From: Candidatus Marinacidobacterales bacterium
Lineage (GTDB): Bacteria; Acidobacteriota; Vicinamibacteria; Marinacidobacterales; SMYC01
Direction of reading: 5' to 3'
DNA length: 64,000 nt
Assembly: GCA_965224085.1 (NCBI GenBank)
Contig: CBDCYI010000011.1
Span: 288,001-352,000, forward strand
The stretch's first letter is position 1; each line of letters starts with the position of its first letter. Both the position numbers and the translations under genes were made by a program. Positions 18,854-30,134 of the stretch are shown in pieces. Under the pieces are notes generated by a model. It did no database searches. It had not been told where the DNA came from and saw nothing but the letters and a program-made list of their open reading frames with translations.

Positions 18854-20257
18854 TCAGGAGGCTCCGTCTCGTGCGTCCGTCAATAGTTCGATGAGAGCGT
18901 CGATGTCCTCTTCGCGGTTTCTGAAGTTCGTGATGCAGGCCCGAAGAGCCGGGGTCGTGTCGCCGAGGCTCATGATGGATATCCAAGTTTTTCCGCTCGC
19001 GATGACGCTTTCCGCCATGGCCTTCAAATAGGAAAGCTCGCGTCCCTCAGGGTGCGAGGCGTCCTGGAAGCACGCGACCGGAAGCGGCGTTTGGTTGACG
19101 AGAGCGAAGCCGGCCGCCTCGAGCTTTTTTCGCAACACGCTGCCGAGCCGCACCATTTCTCGAATCGTTTGTTCATAGCCTTCCCATCCAGCGACGAGAA
19201 GAGAGAGAAACAGCTTCAACCCGATGAAGCGGCGCGTCCACTGCATCGAGCTTCGATGCGGCTCGACGATCTCGACGCCGTCCTTCGCGCGCGGCATGTA
19301 GCCTGCGTCGATCGAGAACGTGCGCTCCGCCATGTCCGGATGGCGAGTGAAGAACATGCCGGCGCCCATGGGCACACTGAGCCACTTGTCCGCTTGCTCG
19401 ATCCCCGACAACGTCTGACGCATCTCCGGGAGTAGCGCCGCTGCGCCGCCCCAAGCCGCGTCCGCATGGACCCACACGCCTTCCTCGTGCCCGACTTTTG
19501 CGATCGCGCCCACGGGATCTACGAGACCTGCGCCCGTGGTACCGAGCGTCGCGACAACGAGTAGCGGGATGTCGCCGTTCGCGCGATCCTTTGCGATCTG
19601 ATTCTGCAATGCGCTCGGATCCACCACGTATCGTTCGTCGAGCACGACATGGCGCACCGCGTGAGTGCCGATCCCAGTGAGCCGTGCCGCCTTGACGAAA
19701 GAGTGGTGGCTCTCGGGCGAGACGTAGACGAGCGGGCGCCCATCGAGCGTCCGGGCCCCGTCCTCTCCGAAGCGTGGGAAGCGCCGCATGAGCGCCATCA
19801 GGAGGGCGGTGTGATTGGCCTCGGCCCCGCCAGATGTGAAAGACCCGGAGCACGTCTCGCGCGCGTAACCGAAGCGAGCTCCAATCTCGCGGATCAGCAT
19901 CTGGTCGACTTCACAGGCAAACGGGGCATGCGTCCACGCCGCGAGCTGAGGATTGAAAGCTGCGACGAGCGTATCCGCCGCGATGCTCATGGTCGTGGTG
20001 GCGGGATTGAAGAGGCCGAAATAGCGCGGGTGACCGTTATGCACCTGGTGGTGGCGGAGTCCCTCGACGGCGAGCGCGAGCGCCGCTTCCGGATCTATCG
20101 GCCGATCGAAGTCGACTTGCGAGAGGAGGACGCGGGGGAGCTTGGGGTCCATCGAGGGCGATACGGGGAGCTTTTCTAAATCTTCCGCGAGGGCCTCGAC
20201 GGCGTCGAACGTCTTCTTCCACAGGGCAATTCGGGATGCGCGCGGCAGCTCTAACAT
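18854..20257 (-). CDS. Group II PLP-dependent decarboxylase with a deletion at the PLP motif
   Basis: [26 protein letters not shown], but ADKWL instead of ADSxxxDxHKWL. Confidence 0.85.
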   Translation of the reverse strand: MLELPRASRIALWKKTFDAVEALAEDLEKLPVSPSMDPKLPRVLLSQVDFDRPIDPEAALALAVEGLRHHQVHNGHPRYFGLFNPATTTMSIAADTLVAAFNPQLAAWTHAPFACEVDQMLIREIGARFGYARETCSGSFTSGGAEANHTALLMALMRRFPRFGEDGARTLDGRPLVYVSPESHHSFVKAARLTGIGTHAVRHVVLDERYVVDPSALQNQIAKDRANGDIPLLVVATLGTTGAGLVDPVGAIAKVGHEEGVWVHADAAWGGAAALLPEMRQTLSGIEQADKWLSVPMGAGMFFTRHPDMAERTFSIDAGYMPRAKDGVEIVEPHRSSMQWTRRFIGLKLFLSLLVAGWEGYEQTIREMVRLGSVLRKKLEAAGFALVNQTPLPVACFQDASHPEGRELSYLKAMAESVIASGKTWISIMSLGDTTPALRACITNFRNREEDIDALIELLTDARDGAS

Positions 20258-20427
20258 GCCGCGATTATAGCGAAGCGGCAATAATGCGTGGACACACCGG
20301 GCGGGGCTGACAGCAAGAGATTGGGGGCGGTCCCGCCCGGAGCACTAGACAGACTAGAGCAGTTATCGGCGCCGGCAGTCATGCAGCCGAGTAAGTAAAA
20401 GCCCTCGGTAGAGAGGTGACGCTACTC

Positions 20428-20461
20428 AAAAAAGAAAGGGGACCCGTCTGGGTCCCCTTTC
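20428..20461 (-). terminator. Rho-independent terminator
   Basis: GAAAGGGGACCC-GTCT-GGGTCCCCTTTC with an adjacent A-run on the plus strand. Confidence 0.8.
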
Positions 20462-20475
20462 GGTGCTTTTGAGCG

Positions 20476-22047
20476 CTACCGTTTGAAGAAGTAGCGAATA
20501 CCGCCCATATAGAGATAGTTGTTGTCAATCATATTGAGCATCGATGTGAACAATCGGCCTTCGATGAAGAACTGGGCCTTTTCGGTCACGTTCCAACCGC
20601 CGTGGACGAAGAGGCTACCGTCGACCGTGTCACTATGGTTGAAGTCCCAGATTCCGACGCCCGCACCGATGAAGCCGGCCTCGAAGAGCTTGTCGATGCC
20701 GATATCGGCGAAGACGCTCGTGTTCTCCGAGTCGCGCAAGTTGATCGCCACACCGCCCTGTCCGAAGACTTGAGCGGCTCCGTCGGCGATAGGATAAGCG
20801 ACGCCGAACGTGCCGCCGACGAGAACCGCCGAGCGATCGTGCAAATCCGATTCGCCTTCCGTCGGTGCGTCCTCGATACCCGGACGCCAGCGGCGCTCGT
20901 TACCCACGAAGAGCGTGAAGAACGGGTCGAGCTTCGCTTCGGGTTTGGCGAAGTTGTAATCCGCCTGGCAGGTCGCGGTCATGCTGCGATCGTCGACGAC
21001 TTCGCCTTCGAGCCGGTAGCGGCCATATTCGGCCATCAGGAAGGTGGAGCTGCACTCGGCGTCGAGCGACATCGTGTCGATGAGCTGCTCGGAGCCTTCG
21101 AGGGGCGTGTGGAAAATCTTGACGGTCTTGCTCGTCAACGAGCCGACGCGCGTCGCGCTCGAGCACATGTCGATACCGAAGCTCGCGCGTCCGGCCTTGG
21201 GTGTCGGATCCATCGGCGGCGGCGTGAGCTGCAAATTGCATGTGGGCTGGCACGGCTCGAGATTCAACCGCTCCGTCGTCGTGCGCGTCCTTTCGGAACC
21301 GCGTAACACGGTAGCGCTGAACGTATAGGCGCCCGCGTCGGCCAGCTTGCCTTCCCAGCGGTAGCTGGCGCCAGCGCGGCTCGGGCTCAAGGTCTCGCGT
21401 TGGCCGCTCGGGCGCGTCAACGTGAGCTCGAGGCTTGCGCCCTCGGGCATGCCGCCCGGTGTCGAAACGTCCACTGTGACGTTCGCGCCCGTGCAGCTAT
21501 TCGGGCTTTGAACGTTCACTCGGGGACCCGCCAGGCCAGTAATCGGCGGCGGTCCGACGGTCCTCATCTCGATGAGAGACAAGTTGCCGCAAGCTTTTGG
21601 GATCAGGAAACGATGCTCCTGCCCCCTCGACTCGAACCGAATCTCGAAAGCTTCGAAAGGATCGCTCCCGGCCCAGCGAAGACGGCCGGTCGGCTGCACG
21701 ATGCCGTTCTTGCGTACAGCCATCCACTCGAACGTATGGCCGACGGGATATTGGGCTTCGCTGAAGCTCCCGCTCTCGACAGCATTGAAGAGGTCGTCGT
21801 GGTCGCCCGGCCAATTCGCGTCGTTGAGAACCTTTTCGTAGTCCGCCCGGTTCTCACGAAATATACGCTTGAGCTCGTCTCCGTCTTGAGGGCCGGGCTT
21901 GAAGACCGCGTTGCTCGTCCCGAGCCGACTAAAGTCCTGATATTCCTGGCCGACGGCCGTATTGGCGAAGAGCGCCGCTCCGACGAGAGCGACGAGCCCC
22001 ACGGTCGAGGGCAGCCGGAGCAGCGGCGAACGGTGACACAGTGACAT
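20476..22047 (-). CDS. Secreted multidomain protein with probable C-terminal outer-membrane beta-barrel
   Basis: AGGAG SD, signal peptide, Cys-containing beta-rich middle region, C-terminal YMGGIRYFF. Confidence 0.7.
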   Translation of the reverse strand: MSLCHRSPLLRLPSTVGLVALVGAALFANTAVGQEYQDFSRLGTSNAVFKPGPQDGDELKRIFRENRADYEKVLNDANWPGDHDDLFNAVESGSFSEAQYPVGHTFEWMAVRKNGIVQPTGRLRWAGSDPFEAFEIRFESRGQEHRFLIPKACGNLSLIEMRTVGPPPITGLAGPRVNVQSPNSCTGANVTVDVSTPGGMPEGASLELTLTRPSGQRETLSPSRAGASYRWEGKLADAGAYTFSATVLRGSERTRTTTERLNLEPCQPTCNLQLTPPPMDPTPKAGRASFGIDMCSSATRVGSLTSKTVKIFHTPLEGSEQLIDTMSLDAECSSTFLMAEYGRYRLEGEVVDDRSMTATCQADYNFAKPEAKLDPFFTLFVGNERRWRPGIEDAPTEGESDLHDRSAVLVGGTFGVAYPIADGAAQVFGQGGVAINLRDSENTSVFADIGIDKLFEAGFIGAGVGIWDFNHSDTVDGSLFVHGGWNVTEKAQFFIEGRLFTSMLNMIDNNYLYMGGIRYFFKR

Positions 22048-22324
22048 GATCAACTCCTGTTTGGTATCGTGATGGAGTACGGGAAGCTGTGTTTCCTGAT
22101 GCGCTGGCGCGGCAGGAGCGCATCGTCCGATGTGGAACGGTTAACCCGTACGACAAAACTCGTCTTTGAGAGCGCTTGGCTCTCGAGTAGTCTCCTTGAA
22201 TAGCCTGCAGATGTGTCCAGGCTCTTCCGAGCCTGGCGAGTTTCTAAGTGTACCTCACGCTGGAACTTGTGTAAACAAGAAGCCCGCGCTGGCCTAAAAT
22301 GTGGACGCTCCAGGAGGCTCTAGC

Positions 22325-23128
22325 ATGATCGGATCGAAAGTGACACGAAGAGGATTCTTGGGTGGTGGCATGGCAATGGGCGCGAGTGTCGTGGCCGCAA
22401 CCGCGAGCGCACAGGCTTTCGAGCTGGACGAAGTGACGATTTCCGGGCTCCAGCAGGGCATGGCGTCGGGACGCCTCACGGCACGCTCCATCACCGAGCT
22501 CTATCTCGGCCGCATCGACGCAGTAGACCGGCAAGGGCCGGCGCTCCGCTCCATCATCGAGACGAATCCCGACGCGCGACGCGGGCGTTGTTGAAAGGCT
22601 GCGCCAGGCAGGTGCCATCCTGCTCGCGAAGACCAATTTGAGCGAGTGGGCCAACTTCCGATCCATGCGCTCGTCGAGCGGTTGGAGTGGGCGAGGTGGC
22701 CAGTGCAAGAACCCCTACGTTTTGGATCGCAATCCGTGCGGCTCGAGCGCCGGTTCCGGTGCCGCAACGTCCGCCAATCTCGGCGCCATCGCGTTAGGTA
22801 CGGAAACGGACGGCTCTGTCGTCTGTCCTTCGAACGCGTGCGGCCTCGTTGGCATCAAGCCGACCATCGGTCTCGTGAGCCTCGCGCCGGGATCATCCCG
22901 GTCGCGCATAGCCAGGACACGGCCGGACCCATGACCCGCACCGTTACGGACGGTGCGATTATGCTCGGGGCGATCGCTGGCGTCGACGCACGAGACGACG
23001 CGACGCGTGCGAGCGATGGCCACGCGCATGCCGACTACGCGCCGTTTCTCGAGCCTGTTGGGCTCCGGGGCGCACGCATCGGCGTCGCGCGCCAATATTT
23101 TGATTTCGCGAAACTCTCGCGGGAGTGA
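22325..23128 (+). pseudogene. Amidase (Tat signal), internally deleted and frameshifted
   Basis: [35 protein letters not shown] across three frames. Confidence 0.85.
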
Positions 23129-23157
23129 GTGCGGAGGTGGTACGGTAGAGCCGCAAG

Positions 23158-23730
23158 GTGGAGACTCTCAAACAATATCTTCTAGCGTTCGGCCTGCCCG
23201 GACTGTTCTTGATCGCGTTCATGGACTCTGCGGGCGTGCCGCTTCCGGGCGGCGTCGATCTCGTGGTCATGGTGTTGTCGTGGCAGCGTCCCGGCATGTT
23301 CATCCTCGTAGCGCTCCTCGCGGCTATTGGATCGACCGTGGGTTGCTGGGTTCTCTACCGCATTGCACGCGTCGGTGGCGACGCCATGCTCGCCCGCTTT
23401 CCGAAAGAGAAGCAGGAATGGGTGAAGGAGAAGGTGCACCGAAACGACATCCTTGCGGTGTCGGTGGCGATGCTCGGCCCGCCGCCTTTTCCGACCAAGC
23501 TCTTCATTCTCGTAGCGGGCATAGTGCGCATGGACTGGCGCCGCTTCGTTGCGGCCGTCTTCGTGGGCCGCTTCGTCCGTTTCTCGGCGGAAGCCTATCT
23601 CGCGGTGCGGCTTGGGGATCAAGCGGTGGAGACGTTGCAGCAGCACTATCCGAGCATCGGCCTCGCGCTCGTGATTGGTGTCGCCCTCGTTCTCGCGGGA
23701 CGCCGTTTCACGCGCCGGGCGCCGGCGTAG
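23158..23730 (+). CDS. YqaA/DedA (VTT) membrane protein
   Basis: F.DS.GVPLPGG.D, PPPFPTKLF...AG, GR..RF. Confidence 0.85.
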   Translation: METLKQYLLAFGLPGLFLIAFMDSAGVPLPGGVDLVVMVLSWQRPGMFILVALLAAIGSTVGCWVLYRIARVGGDAMLARFPKEKQEWVKEKVHRNDILAVSVAMLGPPPFPTKLFILVAGIVRMDWRRFVAAVFVGRFVRFSAEAYLAVRLGDQAVETLQQHYPSIGLALVIGVALVLAGRRFTRRAPA

Positions 23731-23736
23731 TCGGTC

Positions 23737-24165
23737 ATGTTCACAACGCTGCTCCTGCTCGTTGCTCTCGGCGGGCTCGTCGGTTGGCTGGTCGCGCGCT
23801 CGCGTGGGCGCACGAGGATGCGTGTGGCGCGCGAGCTGATTCCCGAGATTCGAGAGCTCATCGACTCGTCGGATCCGAAAGGCCTTTCAGACGGTGAGCC
23901 CGTCGCGGCAAAACGCTACGAGGCCGAACAAAAGCGATTGCCTCAAGTCCTTCCGAACGATTCGTTGTGTGCGGTGGAGACGTTTTATCGGTGCATCGAC
24001 TCTTATCGGTCGGCGCGCACGCACATGGCTCGGTCCTTCTCGGAGATTGACACGATCAGCCTCGGCGATCGCATCCGCGCCAAAGATGGACGCGATCGAT
24101 GTTTGAAAGACGTCTATCTTACGGGTGAAGCAGCCGTTCAAAAGCTCGAGACGCTACTCGGCTAA
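23737..24165 (+). CDS. Hypothetical membrane-anchored protein
   Basis: N-terminal TM helix, operon spacing. Confidence 0.6.
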   Translation: MFTTLLLLVALGGLVGWLVARSRGRTRMRVARELIPEIRELIDSSDPKGLSDGEPVAAKRYEAEQKRLPQVLPNDSLCAVETFYRCIDSYRSARTHMARSFSEIDTISLGDRIRAKDGRDRCLKDVYLTGEAAVQKLETLLG

Positions 24166-24175
24166 AGGAGAGCGC

Positions 24176-25309
24176 ATGCGCTATCCGCTGATTCTGATGC
24201 TGCCGTTTCTCGCGGCGGGCCAGGGGAGTGATGTCTATTACCCGGAGCGGGGCGAAGCGTGGAAAAAGCGCACGCCCGAGTCGATGGGACTCGACGCGAC
24301 GGCATTGCGCGACGCGATCGCCTACGCCGAGGCCCACGAAACCTCCATGCCGCAGGACCCGGGCGCCTATCTGCGCGACCGTTTCGAAGGGCAAGCCGAT
24401 CAGGACATTGTCGGCCCGACCAAGGAGCGCCGCGGCGTCAACGGCATCGTGATCTATCGCGGCTATATCGTTGCGGAGTGGGGCGATACCCCCCGCGCGG
24501 ATATGACGTTCAGCGTGACGAAGAGCTACCTCTCGACCGTGGCGGCGCTCGCCGAGCGCGACGGTTTCTTGCCCGACCTCGATCGCCGAGTCAGACTTGA
24601 GGTTCTGGGTGGTCTCTTCGACTCTCCGCAGAATCGTGACATCACGTGGCGGCATTTGCTGCAGCAAACGACCGAGTGGGAAGGGACCCTATTCGGAAAA
24701 CCCGACACCGCGGACCGGCGCCGCGGCATCGATCGAACGCTGCAGCGTCCCGGGACGTTTTGGGAGTACAACGACGTTCGGGTGAACTTGCTGGCGCTGA
24801 GCTTGCTCCGCTTGTGGAAGAAGCCTCTCCCGGGGATCTTGAAAGCAGAAGTCATGGATCCGATTGGTGCTTCGGATACGTGGAGCTGGAACGGCTACGA
24901 CACGTCCTATGTCGAGCTCGACGGCCGGCGCGTGCAATCGGTGAGCGGCGGCGGCCATTGGGGCGGCGGCCTGTTCATCAGCACGCGCGACCATGCGCGT
25001 TTCGGCTATCTTTTTTTGCGCAACGGACGATGGAGGGATCGGCAGATCTTGCCGGAAGATTGGGTCGCGCGAGCGACGACGCCGGTCGCCATCCAGCCGA
25101 ATTACGGCTTCATGTGGTGGCTCAACACGGGCCGCGAGCGTTTCCCGAGCGCCCCGGAGTCGAGCTTCTTTGCGCTCGGCGCCGGCTCGACGAGCACGAT
25201 CTGGGTCGACCCGGAGCATGACCTCGTGGTCGTCTCGCGCTGGGTCGAAGGCGATGACGTGGACGGCGTGATCGCTCGCGTTTTGAAAGCGATGGGCGGA
25301 TCGGACTAG
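24176..25309 (+). CDS. Serine hydrolase (beta-lactamase class C-like)
   Basis: SVTK (SxxK), LL..T, WEYND, GGG, YG.MWW. Confidence 0.88.
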   Translation: MRYPLILMLPFLAAGQGSDVYYPERGEAWKKRTPESMGLDATALRDAIAYAEAHETSMPQDPGAYLRDRFEGQADQDIVGPTKERRGVNGIVIYRGYIVAEWGDTPRADMTFSVTKSYLSTVAALAERDGFLPDLDRRVRLEVLGGLFDSPQNRDITWRHLLQQTTEWEGTLFGKPDTADRRRGIDRTLQRPGTFWEYNDVRVNLLALSLLRLWKKPLPGILKAEVMDPIGASDTWSWNGYDTSYVELDGRRVQSVSGGGHWGGGLFISTRDHARFGYLFLRNGRWRDRQILPEDWVARATTPVAIQPNYGFMWWLNTGRERFPSAPESSFFALGAGSTSTIWVDPEHDLVVVSRWVEGDDVDGVIARVLKAMGGSD

Positions 25310-25340
25310 CCCTCTACTTCGTGGGTGCGAGGCGCTCGAG

Positions 25341-25805
25341 CTATTGGAACCAGTTGAAGACGACCTGGAACTCCGTCGTCGAACGGTCGGTCACGACCAA
25401 AAAGCGCTCTCCGTCGGGCGAGACGTCATAGTAGGTGCCAAATCCGTAACCGCTTCGGTCGAACGGCTGCTCGTGGAGCACCGTGGGAGTCGATGCTTGA
25501 AACTCAAGATCGTCCATCCACAATTTCGATGCGGGCGTCACCGATATCGCGTAGACGCTCGCGAGGGTCCTTCACGAAGCACCGCTCTAGAAGCTTTCGG
25601 ATCCTCGGGTCGAGGCTTGCTGTAAACCGCGACCAGTCCGGCTCCGTCTTGATCACCGCGGCAAGAATCTCCGAGACGTCTTCTCCTCGAAACGCTTTCA
25701 CGCCCGTCAGCATTTCGTAGACAACACTGCCCTACCTCCCACGCCGAGAAGAGACAGGATCTCGTACTCCGCGAGTTTCGTACCGGACGCCAAGCTCATG
25801 TCCAT
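25341..25805 (-). pseudogene. Heavily deleted Ser/Thr kinase-TolB remnant
   Basis: MSLASGTKL..YEILSLLG.GG joined to YEMLTG..AF.GE..PDW..KDP.ERLRDIGDARIE and YDVSPDGERFL..VVFNW. Confidence 0.85.
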
Positions 25806-25810
25806 TCGCC

Positions 25811-26632
25811 TCATACAACCGTGTGGCGATCGAGCCCCCGTGTCTGCACGACGCGCGTAGAGATCTCCTCGACCGATGTAGTGGTCGTGTTGATGAACGG
25901 GATGTCGAAGGACTTGAAGAGCGCCTCCACCTTTCGCACCTCGGCGCGGCACTGCTCGATCGATGCATAGCGGCTCCCCCTGCGGCGCTCCTCGCGGATG
26001 CTGGCGAGGCGCTTTGGATCGATCGTCAAACCGTGCAACCGTTCGCGAAACGGTGCGACGGGCGCCGGAAGCTTTGAAGTCGAAAGGTCCTCCTCGGTGA
26101 TCGGGTAGTTGGCCGCGCGTATGCCGAAATGCATCGCGAGGTAGAGGCACGACGGCGTCTTTCCGGAGCGGGACACACCCACCATAATAATGTCCGCTTT
26201 GTCGTAATCCTTGATGCGCGCGCCGTCGTCGTGCTGCAGGCTGTAATCGATCGCCGCGATGCGCGCCTCGTAGGAAGACAAATTGCTGATGCGGTGCGAG
26301 CGCGTTCGCTTGACGACGGCCTTCGCGCCGAGCGCCTGCTCGAGCTGACTCAAGAAGCCTTCGAAAAGATCGAGGATCAGGCCTTGGGATTCGTGGATTT
26401 GGTAGCGGATCACAGGGTCCGCGAGCGTGCTGAAGACGAAGGGCATTTCGCCATCGGCCTCGGCGGCCGCGTTGACCTGGGCCACGACCGCCGCCCCCTT
26501 TTCCGGAGTGTCGATGTAAGGTATGGTAACTTCTTTATAGTCGGGCGCGGTCTCGAACTGCGCGAGCAGGCTATGGCCGATAGTCTCGGAGGTAATCGCG
26601 GTGCGGTCGGAAACGTAGAACATGGTGCGCAT
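25811..26632 (-). CDS. ppsR: PEP synthase regulatory kinase/pyrophosphorylase
   Basis: [34 protein letters not shown]. Confidence 0.92.
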   Translation of the reverse strand: MRTMFYVSDRTAITSETIGHSLLAQFETAPDYKEVTIPYIDTPEKGAAVVAQVNAAAEADGEMPFVFSTLADPVIRYQIHESQGLILDLFEGFLSQLEQALGAKAVVKRTRSHRISNLSSYEARIAAIDYSLQHDDGARIKDYDKADIIMVGVSRSGKTPSCLYLAMHFGIRAANYPITEEDLSTSKLPAPVAPFRERLHGLTIDPKRLASIREERRRGSRYASIEQCRAEVRKVEALFKSFDIPFINTTTTSVEEISTRVVQTRGLDRHTVV

Positions 26633-29012
26633 GTCGAAACTATCTTACGTCAAACCTCTCCACGAAACCGGGATGTCGGATGTCGGCGTCGTCGGTGGCA
26701 AGAACGCGTCTCTCGGCGAGATGATCCACCACCTCACCGAGGTCGGCGTCCGGGTGCCCGGAGGCTTCGCGACCACGACGGACGCTTTCCATCTGTTCTT
26801 GAAAGAAGCCAGGCTCGACGAGCGTATCCACGACACGCTCGAAAAGCTCGATGTCGAGGACGTCCACGAGCTCGCGCGCGTGGGCCGCGAGATTCGGAGC
26901 GCGGTCGAACAAGCGCCGCTTCCCGACGCTGTCGCGTCCGCTGTCCACGAAGCGCTCGAAGCGCTCGATGAGGGGGACGCGTTCGCCGTGCGCTCTTCTG
27001 CCACGGCGGAGGATATGCCCGAAGCGTCTTTCGCGGGCCAGCAGGAAAGCTTTCTGAACGTCGAAGGTCTCGACCACGTTCTCGTGGCGATCAAGAAAGT
27101 GTTCGCCTCGCTCTTCAACGACCGCGCCATCGCCTATCGAGTGCATCAGGGATTCGAGCACCGCGAGGTCGGGATCTCGGCGGGCGTGCAGCGCATGGTG
27201 CGGAGCGATCTCGCCTCGAGCGGGGTCGCCTTCACGCTCGACACGGAATCCGGTTTCGAGAACGTCGTTTTCATCACCGGAAGCTACGGTCTCGGTGAAG
27301 CCGTCGTCCAGGGGGCGGTCAACCCCGACGAATTCTATGTCTATAAGCCGAATCTCGAAGCGGGACGGCCGGCCGTTCTCTCGCGCATGCTCGGCGAGAA
27401 AGAGACGAAGATGATCGATGCCGACGGCGATCAGGTCGAGGAAAGAGTCCGCTCCGTCGAGACCTCCGCCGAAGAGCGCGCGCGGTTTGTCCTCACCGAT
27501 GACGAGCTCGAAGAGCTAGGGCGCCAGGCGCTCCTCATCGAGAGGCATTACGGCCGTCCCATGGATATCGAGTGGGCCAAGGACGGCGTCGACGGGCAAA
27601 TCTACATCGTGCAGGCGCGCCCGGAGACGGTGAAGAGCCGCGGCGACGGCCAAGTGCTCGAGCAGTATCGGCTGAAAACGCAGAGCGAGGTCCTTCTCGA
27701 AGGCCGCGCGGTAGGGCAGAAGATTGCTTCGGGAAAAGTGCGCTTGATCGCGGATGTCGAGGATATGGACACGCTAGCGCCGGGCGAAGTGCTCGTGACG
27801 AACATGACCGATCCGGACTGGGAGCCTGTCATGAAACGCGCTGCCGCCATCGTCACCAATCGCGGCGGGCGCACCTGCCACGCGGCCATCATCGCGCGCG
27901 AGCTCGGTGTTCCCGCGATCGTCGGCAGCGTCGAGGCCACGAATCTATTGCATACCGATCAAGCTGTGACGGTGAGCTGCGCCGAGGGCGATACGGGATT
28001 CATCTACGATGGCGCACTCGAGTTCGACGTAAACAGGATTTCTCTCGACGCGATGCCGGAGGTTCCGCTCGACGTGACGATGAACGTGGGCAACCCGGAA
28101 AGGGCTTTTCACTTCGCCTCGCTCCCGAACGCCGGCGTCGGGCTCGCCCGGCTCGAGTTCGTCATTAATAATATGATCGGCGTTCATCCACGCGCACTTC
28201 TCGAGCTCGACGACCTGCCCGCGGACTTGCAGGCGGCGGTGCGCGAGCGCATCCGTGGCTACCCGGATCCGGTCAGCTTTTACGTGGACAAGCTCACCGA
28301 GGGGATCTCGATGCTCGGCGCGGCCTTTCATCCAAAGAAAGTCATCGTCCGCTTGTCGGACTTCAAATCCAACGAATATGCGCACCTTCTCGGGGGCGCG
28401 CGTTACGAGCCCAACGAAGAGAACCCGATGATCGGCTTTCGCGGCGCGTCTCGCTACGTCTCGGAAGAGTTCTCCACTTGCTTCGCGCTCGAGTGCCAAG
28501 CCGTGAAGCGCGTGCGGGAAGAGATGGGGCTCGACAACGTCGAAGTCATGATCCCCTTCGTGCGCACGCTCGACGAGGCTCGAGCCGTCATCGAGGCGCT
28601 TCGCGCCAACGGACTCGAGCGCGGAAAGCACGACCTCAAGCTCATCATGATGTGCGAGATCCCGTCCAACGTCATCCTCGCCGATGAATTTCTCGAATAT
28701 TTCGACGGCTTCTCGATTGGCTCGAACGATCTCACCCAGTTCACTTTGGCTGTCGACCGCGACTCCGCGCTCGTCGCCGCGACTTTCGACGAGCGGAACG
28801 ATGCCGTCAAGAAAATGGTCCACGAGGCCATAGTGGCGTGTAATAAAGCCGCGAAGTACATTGGGATATGCGGGCAGGGACCTTCGGACTATCCAGATTT
28901 CGCGAAGTGGCTCCTGGACGAAGGTATCGACAGCGTTTCACTCAATCCCGATACCGTCGTCGAGACTTGGCTTTTTCTCGCCGAGCAAGCTGGCAAAGGG
29001 GAAGTAGCGTGA
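26631..29012 (+). CDS. ppsA: Phosphoenolpyruvate synthase
   Basis: [58 protein letters not shown]. Confidence 0.97.
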   Translation: MSKLSYVKPLHETGMSDVGVVGGKNASLGEMIHHLTEVGVRVPGGFATTTDAFHLFLKEARLDERIHDTLEKLDVEDVHELARVGREIRSAVEQAPLPDAVASAVHEALEALDEGDAFAVRSSATAEDMPEASFAGQQESFLNVEGLDHVLVAIKKVFASLFNDRAIAYRVHQGFEHREVGISAGVQRMVRSDLASSGVAFTLDTESGFENVVFITGSYGLGEAVVQGAVNPDEFYVYKPNLEAGRPAVLSRMLGEKETKMIDADGDQVEERVRSVETSAEERARFVLTDDELEELGRQALLIERHYGRPMDIEWAKDGVDGQIYIVQARPETVKSRGDGQVLEQYRLKTQSEVLLEGRAVGQKIASGKVRLIADVEDMDTLAPGEVLVTNMTDPDWEPVMKRAAAIVTNRGGRTCHAAIIARELGVPAIVGSVEATNLLHTDQAVTVSCAEGDTGFIYDGALEFDVNRISLDAMPEVPLDVTMNVGNPERAFHFASLPNAGVGLARLEFVINNMIGVHPRALLELDDLPADLQAAVRERIRGYPDPVSFYVDKLTEGISMLGAAFHPKKVIVRLSDFKSNEYAHLLGGARYEPNEENPMIGFRGASRYVSEEFSTCFALECQAVKRVREEMGLDNVEVMIPFVRTLDEARAVIEALRANGLERGKHDLKLIMMCEIPSNVILADEFLEYFDGFSIGSNDLTQFTLAVDRDSALVAATFDERNDAVKKMVHEAIVACNKAAKYIGICGQGPSDYPDFAKWLLDEGIDSVSLNPDTVVETWLFLAEQAGKGEVA

Positions 29013-29704
29013 GAAATCGTGTTGTTGCGGCAGTGCTTCTTCTCGTCGCCGGCTGCGATTCCGGTCCCACCTCTACGACGCCGACGCCTCCAGTGGCGCC
29101 CGCGCCGCTACCCACACCCGATGCCACCGCGAGCTATGTCGTGACCTTCGCGGCTACCTGGAGCGCCGCGACCCATCCCAACATGTTCCCGTCGAACCCA
29201 CACTTTTCGGGTCTCATCGGCGCGACCCATCGCGCGGGCATCCGTTTCTGGACCCCCGGCGGGATCGCGTCAAACGGTATCGAGGCGATGGCCGAGCTGG
29301 GCTCCAAAACGCCGCTCGACGTCGGAATCGGGCGCGCGATGACGAACGGCAACGCAGAGCACCTTCTGTCCGGCGGCGGCATCGCGCGCTCGCCAGACAA
29401 CGTGACGCTTGCTTTCGACATCAGCGTCGAGCATCCGTTCGTGACCCTCGTCTCGATGATCGCGCCGAGTCCCGATTGGTTCGTCGGCGTGAGCGAGATG
29501 AGCCTGTTCGACAACGGTGATTGGGCCGACGAGATCGTCGTCGAGCTCGAGCCCTACGATGCCGGCACCGATAATGGCAACACCTACAACGCGCCCGACA
29601 GAGACACGGTGCCACGTATCCCGATTGCGCACCTCGAAGGCCCACCGTTGGCCGTAGGCGGTATCGTGCCTCCGGTCGGAACGTTCACGTTTCGGCGGCA
29701 GTAA
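29009..29704 (+). CDS. Spondin_N domain lipoprotein
   Basis: Lipobox VAGC; [28 protein letters not shown]. Confidence 0.88.
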   Translation: MRNRVVAAVLLLVAGCDSGPTSTTPTPPVAPAPLPTPDATASYVVTFAATWSAATHPNMFPSNPHFSGLIGATHRAGIRFWTPGGIASNGIEAMAELGSKTPLDVGIGRAMTNGNAEHLLSGGGIARSPDNVTLAFDISVEHPFVTLVSMIAPSPDWFVGVSEMSLFDNGDWADEIVVELEPYDAGTDNGNTYNAPDRDTVPRIPIAHLEGPPLAVGGIVPPVGTFTFRRQ

Positions 29705-29859
29705 GCCGTCGTCGATTCGCTGCATTTCGTAACACCTCGTCCGAACGAGGTCCCGTGTCCTTAGAAGCGCTGGCAACCTCGAGTGATAGTCGAGCTCCGC
29801 GCACACCTGTTCGTCGCACGACCCGCCGCAGAGACAGTGCCCCGGCGGTAAAATAGGGC

Positions 29860-30100
29860 GTGACTTCCAAATCGACACCGGAACAACGACGGCGAGCCCG
29901 GCGCAATGGGGCATTCACGCGAGTACTTCGAGGAGAACGAGAACCACGAAGGGACGAGCATACGTTGTCTTTGTCTACTGCCGAGCGCATGGCCATGGTG
30001 TGGCCGTTGACGCTCGAATGTCTTGCTTGGACAGGTGCGGATGCAGACGAACCAGACTTCAGAGATCTGTTTGCCGCGTTAAACGACGCGGACGCTGCAA
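29860..30100 (+). pseudogene. Remnant of a small-protein / nucleotidyltransferase pair
   Basis: LS.AERMAMVW.L followed by DFRDLFAALND, resembling the start of a nucleotidyltransferase-like protein. Confidence 0.4.
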
Positions 30101-30134
30101 CCCCACCTTTAGCGCCGAACGGAGCGGTCCCTCC

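Noticed and set aside
20300-20430. tmRNA, SRP, glmS or other riboswitch identity
   Set aside because: The diagnostic conserved motifs are not present
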